DNA of 64,000 bases from the human T2T-CHM13v2.0 reference genome, Homo sapiens, in the NCBI RefSeq assembly GCF_009914755.1, contig NC_060929.1; one strand, 5' to 3'. The notes beneath the pieces are model-generated. The model did not search any database, was not told the DNA's origin, and was given only the letters and a program-made list of their open reading frames with translations. The translations under genes were made by a program, and so were the position numbers. This document shows positions 53,759 through 64,000 of this stretch, piece after piece. Every line of letters starts with the position of its first letter. Position 1 is the first letter of the stretch.

Positions 53759-54050
53759 TGAGGGTGTAATACGCAGGCTTGTTCCTCCTCTAGATGACCG
53801 GAATCCGGTGTTGAGTCGCCAGAAGCTGGCTCCCCATGGGTGGTAGCCAAGGATGTACCGCTCTCCGTGGTGCTGAAGTATAGAGCTGGTCAAGTGAGTT
53901 AAGTTGCAACGATGTGAAAGCGCGCTCCTCTGTTCTTTGTGTTGCAGTGGTAAAAACTCGCCTTCCGAGGCAGAACCGTGTTACCGTCCTTTTCCTAATC
54001 GGGGGGAAATTTCCCAGAGAACATGACGGAGAAGCATCTGTGTGAGAGTG
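53759..54050 (-). other. TRPC7: TRPC7 exon 1 5' UTR (upper boundary/TSS approximate)
   Basis: Repeat-free, locally CpG-enriched segment directly upstream of the AT|gtaagc donor. The TSS cannot be fixed from sequence and could extend to about 54210 if the TATA box is used. Confidence 0.65.
53857..53877 (-). promoter_or_regulatory. RE1/NRSE (REST-binding silencer) in TRPC7 5' UTR
   Basis: Minus strand TTCAGCACCACGGAGAGCGGT vs consensus TTCAGCACCACGGACAGCGCC (18/21, canonical spacing). Confidence 0.88.
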
Positions 54051-54189
54051 GCATGCGGCGTGGTGATGGGTTGGTATAGTCCCCACCCCCTCTCCCCGAC
54101 GTAGCTTGAAAGGGAGGTAGCAACTCTTTCTTCCTGCCATAGCTCCTCAGGATTTCTACCTGCCCTTTCCTCTGCCCCAGAATAGTACA

Positions 54190-54190
<1 letters not shown>

Positions 54191-54232
<42 letters not shown>
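54191..54232. repeat. (CA)21 microsatellite in the TRPC7 promoter
   Basis: Uninterrupted CA run directly adjacent to the TATA-like element. Confidence 0.97.
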
Positions 54233-54235
<3 letters not shown>

Positions 54236-54237
54236 CG

Positions 54238-54284
54238 TTATATAAGGCAGCATGTTCTGACTTCTGAGGCAGAATATTCATTGG
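54238..54284 (-). promoter_or_regulatory. Candidate TATA box (TTATATAA, 54238-54245) and CCAAT box (54280-54284) of the TRPC7 promoter
   Basis: Minus strand CCAAT lies about 35 bp upstream of TATATAA, both upstream of exon 1. Usage is not provable from sequence. Confidence 0.45.
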
Positions 54285-55232
54285 TTTAAACAAATGAGGA
54301 ATGAGGAATGAGGAATGAGCTGGTTTCCTACCTGTTGTGTCTGTGTGTTTACAGAGGGAGGGGGTTAAGAAGAAAACTAAAACCAGAGAAGCCTAAAGAG
54401 CGATAGAAGTAGTTTTCTTCCGTAAGTCTCATCACCACACCACACTTTGTCTTCTGTGAGTGATGTATCTTCCAACTTTACTATTTTGGTTCATGATCTT
54501 TTAGCATTATCTAGGATCAGGAAGAGGTCAGTGGTGTAGAACAAGTCTCACATTAGTAACAAGACTAAAAGGGTTAGCTTTCATTTGCAACTTTCCATTT
54601 TTTGAAACGAAATTCTCAATCCAAAATACCATTTCCCCAACAGTTCCCACGCTCACCAATTGCTATGTAACCAAATGGTCTATGATTCTTAAACACTGAG
54701 GTACTTTAATGACATCATTGGAAAGAAACCGTCTTAACTGAAATATTGCCTGTGTATGAAAAACCACAGTTGCTTCTACAATCTACCTGGGTTACTTACC
54801 AATAAATCAGAGTGGTTATTTTCTGAAATCAACTCACAGCTTAATAACTGACACTCTGTAAAACTGTTGCTGTGTGCACTTGCAATACTTAGGGCTAAGG
54901 AGTTGCTTATAATGTATTGTACACATGACCATTCTAGTTTTACATCCAAATGAGATTGCATTGGTTTGTTAATATGCTACTAGTATTTTCTCTGAAGATA
55001 ACATGATATGTGGGAAAAGACCTTGGGATTTTGATTCACTTATTAACTGTGTGACCTTAGACATAACACTTAACCTATTGAATCTCAGTCTTCTCATATG
55101 TGAATGGTTGGTAATAATAGGGTTTATAATGCCTTTTACCAATTGTCGTGGTGATAATTAATTGAAAAATCATGTACAAATAACTCCAAAGAGCTGGCAT
55201 TTAAGGTGTGCATGATAAGTTTGAAAGTTCGT

Positions 55233-55512
55233 TTTAATTTTTTAAAAATTTGAGACAGGGTCTCACAGTGGTACAATCACGGATCACTGTAGCCTTGACC
55301 TCCCAGGCTCAAGTGATCCTCTTGCCTCACCCTCCACAGTGGCTGGGAATACAGGCACATACCATCAGACCTGGCTAATTTTTAATTTTTTAGTAGAGAC
55401 CTTGTCCCACTATGTTGCCTAGGCTGGTGTCGAAATCCTGGGCTAAAGCTATCCTCCTGCCTCGACCTCACAAAGGGGTGGGATTACAGGCATAAGCCAC
55501 AATACTCGACCC
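55233..55512 (-). mobile_element. AluJ
   Basis: gagacagggtctcac...gatcactgtagccttgacctcccaggctcaagtgatcctc...ttacaggcataagccac. Confidence 0.9.
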
Positions 55513-55567
55513 AGTTTGAATGTTCTTTCTCCTCTGCTTGCTCAATAGAAGTTAAGGTAGTTCTCTA

Positions 55568-55829
<262 letters not shown>

Positions 55830-57912
55830 TCATTGGATAAAATACCATTCTAAAAAGAAATTTTCTAATATCAAGGCTTTCTTAAAAAAATTACAGGCTT
55901 GAAGGATACAGAAATTTTATTTTTTATTAGAATCAGAAACAAGTAGATTTAATGCATTTGAATAAAATGCTAATGAATTAAGAGCTCTTTAGTATTGCAA
56001 TGAAGTGGAACAAAATATAAATGTGAAGCCAATAAAAGTGTCTTACACAACCACAAAGTTAGAAGATTATCTCTGACAAGTGATAATATCCTTTTGATTG
56101 GGATCCTCATCATCATGATTAGTGAAGTAGTGTAGAATGAGATAACTCTTAATTATACAATACTTTTAAAAGAATACTGGTTTATGGCTTTTAGTTAATG
56201 ACGGAATTGAAGTCTCATTATATTCTGTTTTTAATAAACAGCCAAGAGTGTATTTTCATAAAACTCTGACATGAATAATGTCCTTGTTTTCAGTATTGAT
56301 AAGCTCATTAAAAAATTAAACCATATTTCAGAAAGTTGTGCCAATGATGGTATGACAGTCAAATGTATATATATATATATATTTTATATCTCTCATACAC
56401 ACACACATATATATATGTATGAGAGAGAAAAGAAATGAGTTAATTGTTTTATAGATGTATTCATTAATTGAAGACAAGTCAGAGTCAGGCCAGACAGCTC
56501 TTCAAAAGTGATAAGATGACATTTTGCAAAGGATCCAATCTTCGGGATCCTTATAATTGGAGTACTTTATCATTTCCAGAGCATATCATACACAGATATT
56601 TGGTTCAATGGGGCAAATACTTGTAATCTGAAAAAATGTTGCATCCATATCAAATTATCATTTTCAATATATAAAACACAGAAGTAATTAGGACTTCACT
56701 ATCAACAGTGAAAGTTCAGAAGGTGCTCAGCTTTTGGACTAGAGGATGTCTAAATTTCCTGCATAAGGACTTGAGTTTTGCATCTCCCAGTCTCAACCCA
56801 ACATAGGCTCACAGTAGAATTTAGTGGTTAAGAGTGTGTACAGCTTCTAGTAAAATTTTCTGTTTTAATTCCAAATTTCCTATTCCCCAAGTGTGTCCCT
56901 AAGTTTTATCACCTGTGAGATGAAAGTAACAACAGTTTCTCACTTGTAGAATTATAGCGAAGATAAAATGAGACAACACACATGAAGAGCTTACAGCAGA
57001 GCCTGGCACATAGAGCTCAGCCTATGTCAGCTTTCACTATTGCTTAACAACTCACCCTGTGACTGAACAGTGAACATACTATTGATCTGTGGTTCTCAGA
57101 CTTTGTGTGCTCCAGTATCGCCTAACTAGCCTGTTAAAAATATAAACATACAAATTTCTCGTTCCCTAGAAAAATAAGCACTTTATCTCCTTAAGAACCT
57201 AAAGTGATTCTGATGCAGATGATTCATAAATCACACTTTTGGGAAACACTGTTATTGTCTATTGAATGACTAGGTCGTTTTAGAAACCAAAGCCATGAAT
57301 ATGAAGGTTTATTTCAAATAAATGAATCTTTTGGGAGACTCATTCTCCCTTTTCTCCCCTCTCAGAATGTTCCTTAAGTCTATGCAACTTTGTGTGGTTA
57401 TTAGTCAGGTCTGGCTCTTTCTCCTAGATAGAAATATATTGAGCAGACTTCTTAGGCATTAGATTTAAGGAATTAATGTAAATCAGTTTCCATAGAAAAA
57501 TTCTGGCTGAAATTGCTAGAAGCCACTATACTGAACCCACTTAAAAAGTAGATCTCTCTCATTTTGATTAATGACAGCATCACCGTAAATCTTCTTTAGA
57601 GTGAGCACAAAATCTGGGGAAAAATTTTGTGCTGTAGACTGTTCTCAAGTAATGAAAAATTGTGTTTTTATTTACAAACAGGGAGTGACTGGAAATAGCA
57701 CTATGTCTCAAAGTGATGATAAGAATGATGCCAATTTAATTCTATTCCTATTTATGTGTTTTATGAAAAATTATTCATCTTTCAGTTTGGGCTATAACTG
57801 CAGATTTCAATGGTTATGCTTTTACAGGATTTATGTAAGCTATAATTGGCTTGTAACCTATTAAAGGTTTCTTACAAAAGCAAACTGAAACCCATATGAA
57901 ATATTTATTGAT

Positions 57913-58305
57913 TGCTATTGTTTAAATGTCTCCTCCAAAACTCATGTTGAAATTTAATTATCATTGTAATAGTATTAAGAGGTGGGACCTTTAAGAGGTG
58001 ATTCATTTACGAGAGCTTCACCTTCATAAATGGATTAACACCTTTATGCTGGGAGTGGGTTACTGGGGGAGTCCAGCTTCCTTCTCTGTCTCTTGAGCTT
58101 ACTCTTTTGCCTTTCACCAAGGGACAATCCTTTGCATGTGGTGCCTTCTGCCCTGTTATGACACAGTAAAAAAATCCCTCACCAGATGTGGCCCTTGATC
58201 TTGGACTTCACAGCCTTCAGAATTATTAGCCAAATAAATCTCTTTTCTTTATAGATTACCTAGTCTGTGGTATTCTATTACAGCAGCAGAAAACAGACTA
58301 AGACA
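57913..58305 (+). mobile_element. MST-family MaLR solo LTR
   Basis: tgctattgtttaaatgtctcctccaaaactcatgttgaaatttaat...cagcagcagaaaacagactaagaca. Confidence 0.88.
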
Positions 58306-59293
58306 TTTGTATTCTGCCTTTAAAAAAAGATTTAAGATGGTGTGGTCAGAATGGAAATCCTCCTTCAATGAAAGAAGTGTGCAGGAATGGCAGTCAGTGG
58401 ATAGCCTCCAGCTGCCATATCCTTCAGGGTGTGCCTCAGGTACAAAGAGCCACCTTTCCCAGGGCCACACCCTTTGCAGGATAGACTGTATTTTGTGACT
58501 GAGCAAGGTGAGAGAATACAGACCATTTCAGGAACATGCTTACGTGCAATACTCTTTCCAGGGCTTGCTGCTATATTGCCCACATTATCATAGCTTGATT
58601 TCTTCCTCTCCCCAATACTGCTTCCTCCCTTTTCCTTTTAAAAATGTTGAACCTTAATGAATATTTTTCACCTTAAACTCTATATCAGTGTCTACTTCTG
58701 GAAAACCTAACCTGTATTAATTGATATCAGGAATGGATTGAGCAACTAGGTGATAAAATGGGATGTTTGAGCTGGATTGCCACCATGTAGTTGGCGCTGA
58801 CCCTATCACTGGTCATAAATGGAGCACAGATGGCCCATGAAACAAGGTGATGGTCCATTTAAGTTTTCACCTGTGGTGAATTGGGATGTTATGCTTGTGG
58901 AAGAGAATGCATTGGTAAGTGGAAAATATGCATTTGAAACTCACCAGAGAAATAATAATGACAAGCACAATGGCTTTGGATAGCTATCATTAAATGCCAC
59001 CGATATTCGGCAGAAAGATGAGTAGCTGAAGATGCGTAATAGGCAATAGAATTCCAGGTGTAAAAGCTGGAGGACATCTTGGTTGCAAAGAAGCTCTTAA
59101 AAACTCTGTTGGGAGAATATAGAAAGTCAAAGTCTCAGCCTGAGAAATCATATTCAGAGTGACTGAATTTCACAGATAACCAAATGGCCATCTAAGGATG
59201 GTCTGTCATGTCAGATTATCACCATGTTTAAGAAAGTCCAGAACTCTAAAGAGATAGAGATATCTACATGATGTCTCAGAAAATTTTGTCTCC

Positions 59294-59533
59294 CAGTTGA
59301 CCCTCAATCACTAGAGTGATTGGTTTTAAGACCCCCAAATATACAAAATCTGTTCGTACTCAAATCCTGCAGTCATCTCCATGGAATCTGCATATAGGAA
59401 GTCAGCCCTTCATATATGTGGGCTTCACATCCTCTGAATACTGTATTTTTGAGCTATGTTTTGTTGAAGAAAATCTATAATACATATAAGTGGACCCACA
59501 TAGTTAGAATCTGTGTTGTTCAAGGGTCAACTG
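59294..59533. mobile_element. Tigger2/MER8-like MITE nested in the provirus
   Basis: Terminal inverted repeats CAGTTGACCCT...AGGGTCAACTG(TA). Confidence 0.8.
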
Positions 59534-60594
59534 TACATCTGAACCCTCTGAGCCTGAAGACATGGTCCATCCATCCATATTAAAAGCTAGCAGCTGTCAC
59601 CTCGTGGAATACATTATATAGGTCTCACCCCCATGAGGTACACATGCCTGCCCAGAGTCTATACTACATTCCTTCCTGCCCACAAGGCCTGTAACTAAGG
59701 TTAAGTTGTACTCAGGGTCTGAGTTGACATTAATATCCATAGAGCCATAATATAGCAGAGGATGTTCTAAACCTGATTAAGTCAGGAAAGGGACAATTTC
59801 CCAAAAATGCTATAGGAACTAGCCAACATGTATTGGAAAAAGCCAGGGGAGTATATTTGGAATGGGATTCTGAGGATGCTTGACCAAGGGGCCCTGTAAT
59901 ACAAATTAGATGGTGAAGAGTTTATTGACTTGGTAATGTTCTCTTCAATTGTAGGATTTCACATCTTGGCACGGTTCTGGGGGATGGTGTGAACTTACTC
60001 CTAGAATGGTCTCTGGAAACATAAAAAAGGAATAGTTCACATCACACAAAGCTGGAGTGACATAATTTTCATGGCAAAAGATGAAGGAAAGAAATGAAAA
60101 GTTTATAGATGTGAGGATGCTAGAATCAATATATCCCGTTTGGCTAGAAGGTCCCTGAGGTGATCATGTTCATGGGGCCCAGAGGACACATCTTTTTACC
60201 AAAGGCATCATAAATGCACTGACTAAATGTCCACCAGGATCACTGAAATTTTCATTCATGGTTCTCTTTAAGCCAAGGTTGATGGTGGGATAGTCTGTTA
60301 CAGAACTTACTCACTGGTAACAATGGGCATCAGAGAACCCTGAAAAAATAGAGGCCAGGTGGAGGTGCTTGAACATCCTAAACCAGACTGTTGCAATTAT
60401 TGTAATGACGAGCAAGATTGGAGGGTAAGGAAACATGACTCTCAGAGTTATGAAAATGGTTAATAGAATATAGCATCCCTAGGGACAAAAAGAGGCAACT
60501 GACTAGGATATTATTCAGTTTGTGCCTGTAGAAAAATCAGGAAAGGATGACTGGCAGGCTGAGGATGTCATTCTGATAAAAAGTTGTAATTCCA

Positions 60595-61390
<796 letters not shown>

Positions 61391-64000
61391 CATCATTCCT
61401 TGCCAGTTTGTGGATCTGATCTTGTTTTCAAACCTGGAACGGATTGAAGAGATAGACCAATTCCTAGGAGAAAGAACCCTAGGTTCTTTACATGGTAATA
61501 CTTTCTTCAGTCACTCCCCAAAGGATTGTCAGTGGTAGGCAAAGATGTCAGTCATAGTTTCATCAAGTACTAGTGCGAGAATCACATGTGGGCCTTGAGG
61601 TTCTGGAGCACAGCCATCCATTTGAAGTGGAGAATTATGCACCATTTGCAACAACTTCTGGCATACTACTGGATCCAAGTAGAGATGGATCACCTGACCA
61701 TGAGAAACCAAGTGACTATATGTCTAGAACTGTCCATTATGAGCTGGGTCCTGTCAGATACACTATGTTATAAGGTCAGCTAAGCCCAGGCACAATTAGT
61801 TATAAAATGAAAGTGGTATATCTAGGACTGAGGGCTGGGTAGACCAGAAAACCCAAGCAAGCTTGAGCATGAACAGGAGGCTCCAGTCCACGTGGCACCC
61901 ACCACTGTGGCACCAGCATACCTTCCTCAGCTCATATCTATGGCTATGTGGAGAATTTACTACACCAGGTAAAGGAGTACAAAAACCCTGAGTTTGGCGT
62001 ATAGATAGGTTGGCTTAGTATTTGGGTACAAGTCAAAATGAATGGCAGGTATTCAAATCTCATTCAATCAATCTCATTCAGAGATGGCTTCGAAAGACCA
62101 GGAAAAACTCCCAAGGCAGAGAGATGGACCTGCTTATTTCCTTTCATAGAAGGAGAGCTAACTTGAGGTTAAATTCATACAAACTCATGGACAGTGATGA
62201 ATGGCCTGCCCACCTGGTCATGAACCTGGAGGGAGAAAGAATGGAACACTGGTGACTAGAAAGTGAAGTAGAGGCATGTGGATAGACATACGTGAATGGA
62301 TAGAAATTGTGATGATCTTTGTATCACATATTAGTGCCCACCAGATAGCATATGTCACGGAAGTGACACAACCGATTAGACAAAGTGACCTACCCAGCCA
62401 ACATCAGCCGGCCTGTCATCAGCCACACCAGTGCTGGCCAAATGGATACATAAATGACAGCAGCAATGATGAAGGATTTGCATGGCTCAAATAACCTGGA
62501 CTCCCACTTACAAAGGCTTATCTAGCTATGGTCGCTGCTGAATATTTAATATGTCAGCAACAGAGACCAATGTTAATATGACACCATTACTCACTCAGGA
62601 AGAACAACTGGCCTCTAGATGGCAGGTTTACAACGCTGGGCTCATTTCGTCCTGCAAGGGTTAGTGGTTAATTTCACGTATCTCACAGGAATGGACATGC
62701 ATTCTGAGTATGAGTTTCCCTTTCCTGTACAGATGACCTCAGCCAGCACTAGTATCCAAAAGTTTATCGAGTATTTGATTCACTGGCATGGGATCCTGCA
62801 TAACTTTGCACCAGACCAAGGGATGCACTTTATAGCAAAGGAAGTTCATGAGTGAGTCTGTAACCAGATAATTCACTGGTCATATCATATACTCTGCTCA
62901 GAAACTACTAGCCTGATAGAGCATTGGAGGTTCAGAGGTAATACTCTACACAGAGAGATTGCCATTATGTAAAATTCAGTATTTGGATCAAATAAATGAT
63001 CTTTATATGGTGCTGTGTCCCTGAAGGAAGACTACATGGACACAGGAATTAAGGAGTGAAAACAGTAGTGGTCTCACTTACTATCACTCTCAATGACCCA
63101 TTGAGGGTCGTTGTGATTTCTTTCCCTGTAATTCTGGGTTCTGCTAGATTAACAGTCCTGGTCTTCAAAGAGGATAACACTTTCCCAAGAGGACATAGCA
63201 AAAGTCCCATTGAATTACAAGCTTTAGTTTTCACTTGGGTACTTTGATCTCCTTGTTTACAGGGACCAAAAGCAAGAAGAAGTCACTATCTTGGCAGGGT
63301 AATTGACTCCAATCATTAAGAGGAGGTGGTGTTATTGCACAATAGAGGCAGAGAGGAATTTGTGTAGAACTTAACCCATCCACTTGGTCCTAACTTAGTA
63401 CTCCCTTTCCCAATTTTGACTGTAAATTGATTGGCCGAGTGACTGCAGCCAAGGAGGATGGTGGCCAGTGACTCAGGTCCTTAGGGCTGAAGGTCTGAGT
63501 CAGACTAACAAGAAGGCAGCCAGGCCAGTAGAAGTGGAAGCTGAGGGTTAATGGAACTTAAAATGCCTAGGGAAGAAAGGAGATAATGAGTATTAGGTGG
63601 AACCCTGAGACCCACTCCAGCTTTGGGCACTACTGTTTATCTCACCAACGTCTCTCTTCTAAGTCTCCCTTCAGGATGAGAGGCTCGCCAGACATCTGGA
63701 GGATCTGATCTTCCATCCCATATAGAAACATGGTTCTAAGCCTAAAAGAAGGGGACTGTGGTAGACTCTGATGTACCTCCCAGCTTCCCCCGCGAGGAAG
63801 GACCTGCTGCTCAGTGGAGGTAATTGCATCGCAGATCATCTCCATAGTTCAGCAACTTCAGATCCTACCTCAGCTCAGAGACTCACCTTGCCTGAGGTCA
63901 CATTCTTGCTGAGACAGCCTGTGTCGGTGACTGAGTGAAGGGTGTGTATGCTGGGCATTTTGGCTTGACATAGGCACTCTTAATGATCAATGGTTACTTC

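Noticed and set aside
53790-54253. 116-aa and 90-aa ORFs over the promoter as independent genes
   Set aside because: They begin in promoter or microsatellite sequence and lack recognisable domains; only their internal ATGs are kept as candidate uORFs.
56390-56426. Inverted repeat tctctcataca...tgtatgagaga
   Set aside because: Built from TA/CA/GA microsatellite sequence, where such stems arise readily.

Overview
Primate (almost certainly human) genomic DNA holding the 5' half of TRPC7 (transient receptor potential canonical 7) on the minus strand. Exon 1 ends at 53757 and contributes only the 'AT' of a start codon split by a 7,867-bp intron. Exon 2 is 45112-45889 (778 nt, CpG-rich, ankyrin repeats plus Zn-binding motif) and exon 3 is 4102-4284 (183 nt). 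The rest of the gene lies left of the window. Exon 1 and the promoter carry a compact regulatory cassette: a near-consensus RE1/NRSE (REST) site, several uORFs, a perfect kB/NFAT-like palindrome, a (GT)21 tract, and TATA and CCAAT boxes. The 40.8-kb intron 2 and the upstream flank are mostly interspersed repeats (Alu, L1, L2, MIR, MaLR/ERV LTRs, Tigger/MER elements), plus a degenerate ERVL-class provirus at 58.3-64 kb. The less obvious observations are two local templated insertions inside L2 elements, an inverted L1 nested in an Alu tail, and an LTR copy that looks processed by L1. I found no evidence for a new protein-coding gene or a novel multi-gene system. Nearly all other ORFs in the track derive from repeats or are antisense shadows. 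Repeat subfamily names are from memory of consensus sequences, and boundaries without TSDs are approximate.
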